Shown here one piece after another: positions 9,334 through 19,321 of a stretch of 42,858 nucleotides of DNA. A program made the translations under genes and the position numbers. The DNA is taken from NCBI GenBank assembly GCA_049284975.1, contig JBAPYY010000797.1, positions 1-42,858 on the forward strand, read 5' to 3'. The notes under the pieces are model-generated. The model did no database searches, was not told the origin of the DNA, and saw only the letters and a program-made list of their open reading frames with translations. Each line of letters starts with the position of its first letter. Positions within the stretch are counted from its first letter, which is position 1. The DNA is from Terracidiphilus sp. GTDB taxonomy: Bacteria > Acidobacteriota > Terriglobia > Terriglobales > Acidobacteriaceae.

Positions 9334-11256
9334 ATGACGTTTCGGAAGTTCTTCCTCGGTTTACTGCTCGTCAGCTTGAGTGCCACCTGTGCGCACGCAA
9401 AGAAAGTGCCAAAGTTTTCACAAGTTCACCAACTCACGCCTGATCAGGCTGCGTTGGTTGAGAAGGCCATTGGCCGGGAAAAAGTACTGATAAAGAGCAT
9501 CCAGGAGCGCACGCCCCTGGTGGAAACATATATCCAGAACACGCGGCCGGACGTAAAGCTCTACCAGGTGCCGATTTCGGACGTGTACATGTTGAGCCGC
9601 GTGGACTTCGGTAAGGGTTTCTTTGACGAGACGTACAATCCGCGCGAGAGAGACAAGCGCGGCTTCTTTAAGAGCTCGGTTGCATCCATCGCCGGGCTGA
9701 CCAGGGCGTTGGGGCTGGATAATCACATTATTTACAGGCCGCTCGGATTCACTGAGATGATGTTCCTTGATCCGACCAGCTTCGACTCTGAGCACTATGT
9801 GTTCAGCTTTGTGCGGCGCGAGTTTTTGGGGTCAGTGCGCACCTGGGTTTACGACGTGCAGCCCAAGGTTTCCGACATGGGCCGGTTCTACGGTCGCATC
9901 TGGGTTGAGGACGTGGATGGTAACATTGTTCGCCTGAACGGTACCTACACCGGACCCAGTGACGAGGAGTCAAAGAAGTACTACTTCCACTTCGATAGTT
10001 GGCGAATGAACGTGCAGCCGGGAATCTGGCTGCCGGTGGCTATTTACGTTGAAGAAACTCATCAAACCGAAAACGACAAGTCTGCCGGACTGAAGGCCCA
10101 GACGCATTTCTGGGGTTACTCTCTGAAGCTGCCCACACGGGAAAGCGAGAACGTGAGCGTGAAGGTGGAAGACGCGGAGGACAAGAGCGACGACGCCCAG
10201 GACGTGGGTCCTCTGCAAGCCACCCGCAACTGGGTTACGCAGGCGGAAAACAACGTGATCGACCGGTTGGTGGAGGCCGGGCTGGTAGCACCACTGACCC
10301 CCGGCGGCTATGAGAACACGGTGCTGGACCAGATTGTCATTAACCTGCAGGTGCCCAATAATCTGGCTTTCACCGAGCCTGTGCACACGCGCATTTTGCT
10401 GACGGATACGGTCGAAACTACGACTGTAGGCAACACCATCCTAATCAGCAAAGGGCTCATCGATACTCTGCCCAGCGAAGAGTCGATTGCTTCGGTGGTG
10501 GCCATGGAACTGGCTCACATCGTCATGGGGCACCACATTGATACCAGGTACGCCTTCAATGACAGGCTGATGTTCCCCGATCAGGCGACCTTCCAGAAGA
10601 TCGATATGTTCCACTCCAACAGCGACAACACGGACGCTGCCAAGCGCGCCATGGAGTATTTGGGGAACTCCATGTACAAGGACAAACTGGCGTCTGCGGG
10701 CCTTTACTATGCGCAGTTGGTCGAGAGGGAAAAGGAGTTGAAGGCCCTGAATACAGCTACTCTTGGCGACTCGCTGCTGCAGGCTGACGGCACTCCCTGG
10801 ATGGCCGATTTGATGCGGATGTCGCCCAGATTGAACTGGGACGATCTCGCCCAGCGCCCAGCCTTGCCTCTCGGCAGTTGGCTAAAGACTGATCCATGGG
10901 ACGACAGGGTGCACCAGCTCAGCGCAAAGATCTACGCTTACATGAACCCCCGCGACAAGATGCCGCTGGAGGTGACACCAATCTTTTACAAGCTGCAGCG
11001 CTACGATGTGTCGCGATTGACGCCCCCAGCTGCAGTTGTGCCCGCAGCAGTTGCTCCAGCCGCTGCTCCAGCTACAACAACTCCAGCGGCTGCGCCTGCC
11101 GCAACTCCTCCCGGCGCGGCTGCTCCGCCGGCAACTCCCCCGGCTGCCACTCCTCCTGAGGCTACAACTCCTGGAGCAACTCCGCCCGCAACGGAGCCGG
11201 CCCCTGGCGGTTCTTCTCAGCAATCAACGAGCCCACCGCCTCCCGCACAGCAGTAA
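9334..11256 (+). CDS. Exported protein: LolA/RseB-like beta domain + degenerate M48 metallopeptidase-like domain + Pro/Ala/Thr-rich tail
   Basis: AGGAG RBS; signal peptide ending AHA-K; GNTILISKGLIDTL.SEE.IASVVAMELAH matches the M48 context with HExxH altered to MExxH; ATPP repeats at the C-terminus. Confidence 0.75.
   Translation: MTFRKFFLGLLLVSLSATCAHAKKVPKFSQVHQLTPDQAALVEKAIGREKVLIKSIQERTPLVETYIQNTRPDVKLYQVPISDVYMLSRVDFGKGFFDETYNPRERDKRGFFKSSVASIAGLTRALGLDNHIIYRPLGFTEMMFLDPTSFDSEHYVFSFVRREFLGSVRTWVYDVQPKVSDMGRFYGRIWVEDVDGNIVRLNGTYTGPSDEESKKYYFHFDSWRMNVQPGIWLPVAIYVEETHQTENDKSAGLKAQTHFWGYSLKLPTRESENVSVKVEDAEDKSDDAQDVGPLQATRNWVTQAENNVIDRLVEAGLVAPLTPGGYENTVLDQIVINLQVPNNLAFTEPVHTRILLTDTVETTTVGNTILISKGLIDTLPSEESIASVVAMELAHIVMGHHIDTRYAFNDRLMFPDQATFQKIDMFHSNSDNTDAAKRAMEYLGNSMYKDKLASAGLYYAQLVEREKELKALNTATLGDSLLQADGTPWMADLMRMSPRLNWDDLAQRPALPLGSWLKTDPWDDRVHQLSAKIYAYMNPRDKMPLEVTPIFYKLQRYDVSRLTPPAAVVPAAVAPAAAPATTTPAAAPAATPPGAAAPPATPPAATPPEATTPGATPPATEPAPGGSSQQSTSPPPPAQQ
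11020..11253 (+). repeat. Low-complexity Pro/Ala/Thr coding repeats (ATPP units)
   Basis: Recurrent GCAACTCCNCC-like units at about 11101, 11131, 11146, 11176. Confidence 0.75.
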
Positions 11257-11392
11257 CGGCAATAAGGAAACTTTGAACCGGAATGGGAAAAATGGTATTC
11301 CGGTTCATTCCGTTCTGAGGTTCCAAAACGTCTTCGACCAAGTTCACTTACCGGGCAGCGAAGATTGCCCTGAATGAAAGTACGATCTGCTT

Positions 11393-12022
11393 ATGAGACG
11401 ATTTGCTGCAGTTGTATTCCCGATCTTGCTTGCTGTCGGAACCATTGCTGCCACTGCTCAAGTGGTCCCCTCAGCTACCGGCCGGCAGGTGTCGCTCAGC
11501 GCCGGCGGTATGGCCTCGATTTTCCAGCCAGACTTCGAGGGTTATTGGGTTGTTCAAGCCAATCCTTCGCAGCCATGTTATCAGGGCGTTTATTGCATTC
11601 CCATCTCTCAAACAAGTCAGTTTCCCTTGTTTGGTGCGGGCGCTTATCTCGACTTGAAGGTGAACCGTTGGGTGCAGTTTGAAGCCGAAGGCCGCTGGCA
11701 GCGGTGGAACCAATACGCGGATATTCACCAGGACAACTACCTGGCTGGTCCGAGACTCCCGCTCTATCGCTTCGGGAGGGCGACGATTTATGGCAAGACG
11801 CTGTTCGGCTTCTCGAAGATGGACTTCGGCTATTTGCTCGGGAGTCTTACAGGCAAGGCGCAGTACACCGATTTCGCTTTTGGCGGCGGCGTGGACGTGA
11901 AGCTGACCAAACGGCTTACTCTTCGCCCCGTGGATTTCGAATACCAGTACTGGCCCTGGTGGAACAATTCCAGCATCTCGCCCTACGGTGCGAGCGTAGG
12001 AATGAGCTACAAAATCTTCTAA
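11393..12022 (+). CDS. Small outer-membrane beta-barrel protein
   Basis: Signal peptide ending ATA-Q; alternating aromatic/Gly beta-strands (YLAGPR, FAFGGGVDV, VDFEYQYWP); C-terminal beta-signal SYKIF. Confidence 0.85.
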   Translation: MRRFAAVVFPILLAVGTIAATAQVVPSATGRQVSLSAGGMASIFQPDFEGYWVVQANPSQPCYQGVYCIPISQTSQFPLFGAGAYLDLKVNRWVQFEAEGRWQRWNQYADIHQDNYLAGPRLPLYRFGRATIYGKTLFGFSKMDFGYLLGSLTGKAQYTDFAFGGGVDVKLTKRLTLRPVDFEYQYWPWWNNSSISPYGASVGMSYKIF

Positions 12023-12030
12023 GCACCAGC

Positions 12031-12077
12031 CAATTAAGAAGGGCCGCTCCAGTTGATGGAGCGGCCCTTCTTAATTG
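12031..12077. terminator. Bidirectional intrinsic terminator between the OMP gene and ftsH
   Basis: Perfect 21-bp inverted repeat CAATTAAGAAGGGCCGCTCCA-gttga-TGGAGCGGCCCTTCTTAATTG between convergent genes. Confidence 0.9.
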
Positions 12078-12095
12078 CGGAAACTGCGTTGGCTT

Positions 12096-14015
12096 TTATG
12101 CCGGAGAAGGCGAGCCTTCGGGGTAGTTTGGCCCACTGCGGCTTTCCGGCTTCAGCACCTGCTGCACATCGGGGCTGCCTGTGTCGCTGGGCGTGGCCAG
12201 GCTCGAACGCAACGGAGGAAGTTCCTTGCCTTCGATGAGCATCTTTACCTCTTCGGCGTCGATGGTTTCGCGCTCCAGCAAGGCTGCGGAAATGCGGTGC
12301 ATGGCGTCGGCGTTGGTTTCGACGATATTGTGCGCTGACTGGTAAGCCTCGTCGATCAAACGGCGCACTTCCAAATCAATTTGCCGGGCCGTCTCCTCGC
12401 TGAAGTCCCTGTGCTGCGCTATTTCACGGCCAAGGAATATCTGCTCTTCCTTCTTGCCGAAGGTAAGCGGGCCAAGACGGCTCATGCCATATTCGCAAAC
12501 CATGCGGCGGGCCAAGTCAGTGGCGCTTTCAATATCGCTGCCGGCGCCGGTGGACATCTGGTTCAGGAAAATCTCTTCCGCCACACGTCCGCCGTAAGCG
12601 ATTGCGAGATTGGCTTCCAGATACTCCCGCGTGTAATTGTGACGGTCGCCGGGCAAGAAGATGGTGACGCCCAGAGCCATTCCGCGAGGAATGATTGTGA
12701 CCTTGTGAATCGGGTCGGAGTGCTCGCGCATGAACGAAACCAGCGCGTGGCCCGCTTCGTGATAGGCGGTTACCCGCTTCTCGTCCTCAGTGAGCAACAT
12801 GGACTTGCGCTCGGCGCCCATGAGCACCTTGTCCTTAGCCACTTCAAAGTCGTACATGGTCACTTGCTTGCGGTTCATGCGCGCGGCGCTCAGCGCGGCC
12901 TCGTTGACCATGTTCGCCAGGTCGGCACCGCTGAAGCCGGGTGTACCGCGAGCCAGCACGTTGAGATTTGTATCGTCGGAGACTGGAACCTTTTTGACGT
13001 GAACGCCAAGGATTTCTTCGCGGCCACGCACGTCGGGCAATCCCACCACTACGCGGCGGTCGAAGCGGCCGGGGCGCAGCAGTGCAGGATCCAGCACGTC
13101 GGGACGGTTGGTGGCAGCCACCAGAATCACGCCGTCGTTGGATTCAAAGCCGTCCATCTCAACCAGCAACTGGTTGAGAGTCTGTTCGCGCTCGTCGTGT
13201 CCGCCGCCCAGGCCCGCGCCACGATGGCGGCCCACAGCGTCGATTTCGTCAATGAAAATGATGCAAGGAGCGTTTTTCTTGCCCTGTTCAAAGAGGTCAC
13301 GGACGCGACTGGCGCCCACGCCAACAAACATCTCGACAAAATCCGAACCTGAGATGGAGAAAAACGGCACATTGGCTTCGCCTGCTACGGCACGCGCCAG
13401 CAGTGTTTTGCCTGTACCTGGAGGTCCCACCAGCAGAACTCCCTTGGGAATGCGTCCGCCAAGCTTTTGGAACTTGGCCGGCTCGCGAAGGTACTCGATG
13501 ATTTCCTTGAGTTCTTCCTTGGCCTCATCCACACCGGCCACGTCTTTGAACGTGATCTTTTTCTGCTGCATGGAGAGCAGGCGCGCGCGGCTCTTGCCGA
13601 ACGAAAGCGCCTTGTTGCCGCCGGCTTGCATCTGTCGCATGAAGAAGAACCAGATGCCTATGAGCAGAACGAACGGGCCCAGGGTCGTGAGCAACTGCAA
13701 GGGAATATTGCTTTGCGGTTCCTTCTTGGAGAAGTGGGCGTCTGAAGCCAGGAAAGCCGCTTCGAGTCCCTCGTAATGATCGCCGACATGGGTGTGAAAC
13801 TGTTCTTTCGGCGTGGCCTTCATGTGGCCATGTAGCTCGGGACCCTGGACTTCGGCGTCAGCTACCTTCCCCTGTTTCACCTGGTTGTACAGGTCGGAGT
13901 AAGAAATCTCTACGTCCTTGCCCCCGGCAGTGCTCTTCGACCACATGCTCAAGAGAACCATGAGGCAGATGAAGATAAAAGCCCAGAACAAGATTGATTT
14001 GGCGGTTGAATTCAC
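12096..14015 (-). CDS. ftsH: ATP-dependent zinc metalloprotease FtsH
   Basis: Two N-terminal TMs, Walker A GPPGTGKT, Walker [36 protein letters not shown] zinc motif; GTG start. Confidence 0.98.
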   Translation of the reverse strand: MNSTAKSILFWAFIFICLMVLLSMWSKSTAGGKDVEISYSDLYNQVKQGKVADAEVQGPELHGHMKATPKEQFHTHVGDHYEGLEAAFLASDAHFSKKEPQSNIPLQLLTTLGPFVLLIGIWFFFMRQMQAGGNKALSFGKSRARLLSMQQKKITFKDVAGVDEAKEELKEIIEYLREPAKFQKLGGRIPKGVLLVGPPGTGKTLLARAVAGEANVPFFSISGSDFVEMFVGVGASRVRDLFEQGKKNAPCIIFIDEIDAVGRHRGAGLGGGHDEREQTLNQLLVEMDGFESNDGVILVAATNRPDVLDPALLRPGRFDRRVVVGLPDVRGREEILGVHVKKVPVSDDTNLNVLARGTPGFSGADLANMVNEAALSAARMNRKQVTMYDFEVAKDKVLMGAERKSMLLTEDEKRVTAYHEAGHALVSFMREHSDPIHKVTIIPRGMALGVTIFLPGDRHNYTREYLEANLAIAYGGRVAEEIFLNQMSTGAGSDIESATDLARRMVCEYGMSRLGPLTFGKKEEQIFLGREIAQHRDFSEETARQIDLEVRRLIDEAYQSAHNIVETNADAMHRISAALLERETIDAEEVKMLIEGKELPPLRSSLATPSDTGSPDVQQVLKPESRSGPNYPEGSPSPA

Positions 14016-14082
14016 CAGAATTCCTCTCTTTCGGTGGTGGAGAAGCCGCTGAACGGGTCTCCAGCATCGCCTACATCATCCA

Positions 14083-14111
14083 TTAGACGCTGGTAGGTTC
14101 CTCAAAGTCAC
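14083..14111 (-). promoter_or_regulatory. Candidate ECF (sigmaE-like) promoter of ftsH
   Basis: Minus strand reads GTGACTT-N16-GTCTAA, close to the sigmaE consensus GGAACTT-N16-GTCTAA, 68 bp upstream of the ftsH start. Confidence 0.55.
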
Positions 14112-14260
14112 AGAAAGTACGGCACGGGGATTTGGGCAGACACTACCCCTCCACCGCCCGGGGAGCAGTATCTTGAATTGTACTCTCAACCCGGACAAAC
14201 TTGAAGCATCTAGAGGCACTGTCCCGAGGGTCATCCCGTGGATTAACTGCCAGCAGCGGA

Positions 14261-15649
14261 CTACATCGGGGAGGGGTCGGGCACAGTCTCAAGGGCGGTT
14301 GCTTCAATGAGGATTCCCGGCTCCAGTTCCACTTCGACTCCCCTCATCCACGCGATGCGGCCTTTAAGCTCGAGGACTGGCCAGAGAGCGCGGCTGGTGC
14401 CGGTAATTCGCAGGCGTTCGAGAACCTGCTTCACCTTGGATGGGCCGGAAGAGTAGCGCAGCTGGACACGGTCGCCCGGCTTCCAGTTGCGCAGCGTAGC
14501 GGCTTGGCCCTCGAGCATTCCAATTGCCTCAATCCGGAGACGAAGATCAAAGGCCGGGGCTAGAATCTCACCCGGAATGGCCACGGTGTACTCGGGAACA
14601 GTCTCCGCCGCTGACGCGCCCGCTTTTGCGACCTGCAAAACAGCAAGCCGCAATTCGCGGTGCGTTCGCTCGGCGCAGAGCCCCTGGGCCAGCTCGAGCT
14701 TCTGGCCGGCACGGCCAGCGAGAGCCAGCGTGCGCATCGCCTCGGTTGCGGGAAAATCAACTGTCGCGCCCAACTGCTCCGCGGCGTAGCGCAAGAGCCG
14801 CCTTTGCATGGCCGGGGCGAGCGGGGCCAGCCGGTTGACATCGAGAGCCAGCCCATCGGCCGCCTCGCGCCCACCACCTCGAATTGGGCGCCCCGGCAAG
14901 AGCAATTGCTGCGAAATGCGGGCTAGCTCAACCTGCCACCAGGCCTCCTCGTCAAGGGCGAGTTGAGCCATTTGCGCCATGTGCTCGCGCAGGCGCGGAT
15001 TCCATCCCTCAAGCAGAGGCAGCAACTCGTGGCGGATGCGGTTGCGAGTAAATGTGAGATGACGATTGGAGGAGTCCTCGCGCCACTGCTGGCCCAGCCC
15101 GTTCAGGTAGGCCTCGACCTCGGTCCGCGTTGTCGAGAGCAATGGGCGAAGAATGCGGCCTTCGGGAAATTCGACCGCCGGATGAATGCCGCTGAGACCC
15201 TCGGTCCAGGCTCCGCGCAGAAACTTCGCCAGTACGGTCTCGGCCTGGTCGTCGCGGGTGTGAGCGGTGGCCACGGCCTCCACCACGCCGGAGGCCATCA
15301 GTTGCCGGAACCAGCCATAACGCAGGCGCCTTGCCGCTTCCTCAATGGTTTCGGCTGGCTTGGCCGACGCTGCATTGGCTTTTGCCTCGGATTCTGTGTC
15401 CACCCGCGTTTCGTAGAAGGGCAAGCCAAGGTCGGCCGCGAGAGATCGCGCAAAGGTGAGATCCGCATCTGCCTCTTCGCCGCGCAGACCGTGATGAAGA
15501 TGGGCGGCGTGCAACACCAGGCCCAGTTCCTTGCTCCGTTCGGCCAGGGCGCGCAACAGGGCTACGGAGTCTGCGCCGCCGGAGAGGCCCACGGCCAGAC
15601 GAAGCCCAGGTCGGAGCAATTTCGCGTCGATTGTCAACGTCGTACGCAC
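14261..15649 (-). CDS. tilS: tRNA(Ile)-lysidine synthetase
   Basis: PP-loop SGGADS, HLHHGLRG, EEAARRLRY, TAHTRDDQAET, RPLL, RNRIRH. Confidence 0.96.
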   Translation of the reverse strand: MRTTLTIDAKLLRPGLRLAVGLSGGADSVALLRALAERSKELGLVLHAAHLHHGLRGEEADADLTFARSLAADLGLPFYETRVDTESEAKANAASAKPAETIEEAARRLRYGWFRQLMASGVVEAVATAHTRDDQAETVLAKFLRGAWTEGLSGIHPAVEFPEGRILRPLLSTTRTEVEAYLNGLGQQWREDSSNRHLTFTRNRIRHELLPLLEGWNPRLREHMAQMAQLALDEEAWWQVELARISQQLLLPGRPIRGGGREAADGLALDVNRLAPLAPAMQRRLLRYAAEQLGATVDFPATEAMRTLALAGRAGQKLELAQGLCAERTHRELRLAVLQVAKAGASAAETVPEYTVAIPGEILAPAFDLRLRIEAIGMLEGQAATLRNWKPGDRVQLRYSSGPSKVKQVLERLRITGTSRALWPVLELKGRIAWMRGVEVELEPGILIEATALETVPDPSPM

Positions 15650-15905
15650 CCCAAGATCATAACGGGACGATGCATGATTGCGCCGCTATGACTGACCATT
15701 TGTGCAGATAAAGTGAGAGTGAAGATGAATATAACGGCCTGGGAAGATATGCCATGAGGGCGATGACAGCCGCCTTCCACGCATAGGCCATAGTGCTCGG
15801 GCTATTCGCGGAAATCGCTGCCTCGACTAAGCAGTGCGTTTCGGGGCGCGGAGTTTGAATTAAACCATGGCAAAATGAATGGGCACCTTGTATACTCCAC
15901 CCGAT

Positions 15906-16619
15906 ATGCAAGTTTTTGCGATTCTCCCTGCTGCGGGAATGGGAACCCGGATGGCCGGGCCACAGCCCAAACAATTTTTGGCGTTGGATGGGGTTCCCAT
16001 CCTGATTCATTCGCTGCACGCATTCGCTTCAGTGGAGCGGGTAACAGCGATTTATGTGGCCGTGCGCAAAACGGAAATTGAGCGCGTCCAGGCGCAGATT
16101 GCCGAGTTCGCTGACGAGTACCGTTTTGGCGGCCGGGTCCGAGTCGTCGAGGGCGGCGACAACCGGCAGGAGTCTGTTTCGCACGCTCTGGCCGCTTTGC
16201 CTGCCGAGGCTGACGATATTGTCCTGGTGCATGACGCCGTAAGACCGCTGATCGACGCTGCCACAATCGACCGAACCATTGATGCGGTCATCGAGCATGG
16301 AGCGGCCATCGTGGGGCTGCCGGCTGTGGACACCATCAAACAGGTCGAACGAACCGCGCACGGGGCGCTGATCACTTCGACCATCCCGCGCGAGTTCGTA
16401 GTGCTGGCGCAAACGCCGCAGGGCTTTCGCTACGGGCTGCTGAAGAGCGCGTTTGCAGAGGCCATGGCCGATGGATTCGTAGGCACCGACGAGGCTTCTG
16501 TTGTGGAGCGCGCCGGCCATCCGGTCGCCGTCGTCCACGGCTCTCAAGTTAATCTGAAGATTACGCAGGCGGGCGATCTGGAACTTGCTGAATTCTATAT
16601 GCGCCAGCGCAACCGCTGA
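15906..16619 (+). CDS. ispD: 2-C-methyl-D-erythritol 4-phosphate cytidylyltransferase
   Basis: ILPAAGMGTRM...PKQFL, GGDNRQESV, VLVHDAVRP, QTPQGF, TDEAS, NLKIT. Confidence 0.95.
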   Translation: MQVFAILPAAGMGTRMAGPQPKQFLALDGVPILIHSLHAFASVERVTAIYVAVRKTEIERVQAQIAEFADEYRFGGRVRVVEGGDNRQESVSHALAALPAEADDIVLVHDAVRPLIDAATIDRTIDAVIEHGAAIVGLPAVDTIKQVERTAHGALITSTIPREFVVLAQTPQGFRYGLLKSAFAEAMADGFVGTDEASVVERAGHPVAVVHGSQVNLKITQAGDLELAEFYMRQRNR

Positions 16620-16678
16620 AATCCGTTGAACAAGATCGAGATCACTGCGGGTCATTTCTAAAGGCAGATACGGAGACT

Positions 16679-17290
16679 ATGGAAACACGCATCGGATTTG
16701 GCTATGACTCGCACGTTTTCAAACCGGGCGTGCCTCTGCGCATCGGCGGGCTCTCGATTAATCATCCAGAGGGCCTGGAGGGCCACTCGGACGGCGATGT
16801 GCTGCTGCACGCCGTAACCGATGCGCTGCTTGGTTCGATAGCGGCGGGCGACATTGGCACATTCTTTCCGCCCGGAGATCCGCGCTGGAAGAATGCCGAC
16901 TCGGCCATCTTCCTCAATCTGGCGCTGGAGACGCTGCAACGGGGCGGCTACCGCATTGTGAACATCGACACCACGCTGATTCTCGCCCGTCCCAAGATAG
17001 CTCCCCTCTCCGGCGAGATGCGAGCACATGTTGCCGACTTGCTGGGGCTTGGCATCGACCAGATCAGCATCAAGGCCAAAACACCGGAGGGTCTGAAACT
17101 CGACCGCGTTGCCCAGTGCCATGCCGTCGCTTTGGTCGAGCGCGCCATCGAACCTGAGGACCTCAAAAGCATGAGCGCGGTAATCGAAAGCCAGCGCCAG
17201 CTTGAAGATGTGGTCGAAGACTTGCTCAGTTCGGTTCACGGCGTGCCGAAGAAACGCGGCTTGATCTACGACACCGAGGAAATTACGTAG
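16679..17290 (+). CDS. ispF: 2-C-methyl-D-erythritol 2,4-cyclodiphosphate synthase with C-terminal extension
   Basis: [41 protein letters not shown]; follows ispD. Confidence 0.95.
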   Translation: METRIGFGYDSHVFKPGVPLRIGGLSINHPEGLEGHSDGDVLLHAVTDALLGSIAAGDIGTFFPPGDPRWKNADSAIFLNLALETLQRGGYRIVNIDTTLILARPKIAPLSGEMRAHVADLLGLGIDQISIKAKTPEGLKLDRVAQCHAVALVERAIEPEDLKSMSAVIESQRQLEDVVEDLLSSVHGVPKKRGLIYDTEEIT

Positions 17291-17441
17291 GGCCGCGGAC
17301 AGGGAACTGATAGTGCTGAGTTTTTCGGCCAGAGGACCAGATCGTCCGGCATTATGTGATAACTCAAGAAAAACGTTGCGAATTTCGGCATTTAGCTATA
17401 CCGTTGCAGCGAGTTCTCATCTCAATTCCGGAGTCATCTGA

Positions 17442-17747
17442 ATGCAATATCTGGCGTTCCTGCTTCAAAATCATCCCGATCCGGCAATGGTCCAGCAGGT
17501 GGCCATGGTGATGCTTACAGTTGTTTCCATCTTTATTCTTGTGGCGGTGGCCGCTATCCTGCCTCCTTTTTGGATGATCTTCAAGAAGGCCGGACTTTCG
17601 CCCTGGCTTTGCCTGCTGATGATTATTCCTCTGGTCAACATCATCACGCTCTGGGTTATCGCCTTCACCACATGGAATGTTGTGCCCGCGCCGCCATTTG
17701 GCTGGCAACCGCAACCGCCTTATCCACCGCAACCGCCCAAGGCCTGA
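17442..17747 (+). CDS. Small membrane protein with Pro/Gln-rich tail (hypothetical)
   Basis: Hydrophobic segments, WMIFKKAG.SPWLCLL.IIPLVNII..WVIAF pattern, tail PQPPYPPQPPKA. Confidence 0.75.
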   Translation: MQYLAFLLQNHPDPAMVQQVAMVMLTVVSIFILVAVAAILPPFWMIFKKAGLSPWLCLLMIIPLVNIITLWVIAFTTWNVVPAPPFGWQPQPPYPPQPPKA

Positions 17748-17809
17748 GCGCTGTGCTTCAGCTGATGAGGGAGCGCCGCAGCCGCCGCGATTGGTAACAT
17801 ACAATTACG

Positions 17810-19285
17810 ATGTCTGATTCGACCCCCTCCTCTCAAAAAGTCCCCCGCGTCCGTTTTGCACCCTCGCCCACCGGCTACCTGCATGTGGGCGGGGCGCGCA
17901 CGTTTATCTTTAATTGGCTCTTTGCCCGCCATAACCACGGAACCATGGTTTTGCGTTTGGATGACACTGATGTCGAGCGCAACACCGAGGCTAGCGTCCA
18001 GTCGATCTTCGAGGGCCTACGCTGGCTGGGTCTCTCGTGGGACGAAGAGTACAAGCAATCTGAACGCCTCGACCTGCATCGCAAGGCCGCTGAAGCCATC
18101 TTCGCCAAGGGCCTTGCCTATCGCGATTTCACCCCTGCGCACTCGGGCGACGATAATCAGTCTTCCGCGCAGGGCGCCTGGCTCTTCAATCCCGGCATGC
18201 GCGAAATGTCAAACGAAGAGTCCGACCGCCGGGCTAATTCTGGAGAACCATTCGCCCTCCGCTATCGCGTCCCTCGCGGTCAAAACCGGACACTGAGCTT
18301 CACAGATTGCGTATACGGGGAGCAATCGAAGCTGGCCGATGAAGTCGAAGACTTTGCCCTGCTGCGTTCAGACGGGTTTCCCACTTACCACCTGGCGTCT
18401 TGCGTAGACGACGCCGATCTCAAGATCACCCACATCATTCGCGGCCAGGATCACCTCACCAACACCTTCAAGCATTTACTCATCTTTGAGGGTTTTGGCG
18501 CCGTTCCGCCTCAATTCGCTCATCTTCCTTTGCTCGTCGCCCCTGACGGCACCAAGCTCTCCAAGCGCAAGCACGGCCCCGTCGTAAGCGTGACCACTTA
18601 CCGCGACGCGGGTTTCCTGCCTCAGGCCTTCGTCAATTTCCTCTGCTTGCTTGGCTGGTCGCCCAAAAATGACCGCGAGTTCATGCCGCTCGACGAGCTG
18701 CGCGATGCCTTCACCCTCGAAGCCGTTAACCGCTCCAACGCCGTGATCAACTTCAGCGACGAGGACCCTTTCGACCCCAAAGCCGTCTGGCTCAATGCGG
18801 AGTACATTCGTGCCTTGCCGGTGGACGAACTCAGCCAGCAACTAGCGCCCTTCTTCATGCAAGCCGGATTTGACACTACGCCTGAAAAAACGCTTGCCAT
18901 AACTCCGCTCATTCGCGAGCGCATAAAACTTCTCGGAGAAGCCGCCTCCTCCGCCGATTTCTTTTTTCTGAAAGAGCTAGCTCCATACGACCCAGCCGAG
19001 CTGATTCCGTCCAAGGGCGGCGATGCGGCTATGGCTCGTAGGGTCCTCCAGCACGCTCTCGAGATTTTGCCCACCGTAACCTTCGACCACGACTCGCTCG
19101 ATCAAGCTCTCCGCGCTGCGGCTTCGCACCTTGGCTTGAAGGCCGGGCAGGCCTTCCAGCCCATCCGGGTGGCCGTCTGCGGACGCAAGAATGCGCCGCC
19201 GCTCTTTGGAACTATGGCTGTGCTCGGTCGCGAGATATGTCTGGAGCGTATTCGCCAGGCGGTCACCAAACTGCAATCGCTCTGA
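17810..19285 (+). CDS. gltX: Glutamate--tRNA ligase
   Basis: [14 protein letters not shown] (HIGH), [22 protein letters not shown] (KMSKS), full-length anticodon-binding domain. Confidence 0.95.
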   Translation: MSDSTPSSQKVPRVRFAPSPTGYLHVGGARTFIFNWLFARHNHGTMVLRLDDTDVERNTEASVQSIFEGLRWLGLSWDEEYKQSERLDLHRKAAEAIFAKGLAYRDFTPAHSGDDNQSSAQGAWLFNPGMREMSNEESDRRANSGEPFALRYRVPRGQNRTLSFTDCVYGEQSKLADEVEDFALLRSDGFPTYHLASCVDDADLKITHIIRGQDHLTNTFKHLLIFEGFGAVPPQFAHLPLLVAPDGTKLSKRKHGPVVSVTTYRDAGFLPQAFVNFLCLLGWSPKNDREFMPLDELRDAFTLEAVNRSNAVINFSDEDPFDPKAVWLNAEYIRALPVDELSQQLAPFFMQAGFDTTPEKTLAITPLIRERIKLLGEAASSADFFFLKELAPYDPAELIPSKGGDAAMARRVLQHALEILPTVTFDHDSLDQALRAAASHLGLKAGQAFQPIRVAVCGRKNAPPLFGTMAVLGREICLERIRQAVTKLQSL

Positions 19286-19321
19286 TAAGCACCGCTACAC
19301 TTGTATAAAAGGAAAGCTGCC

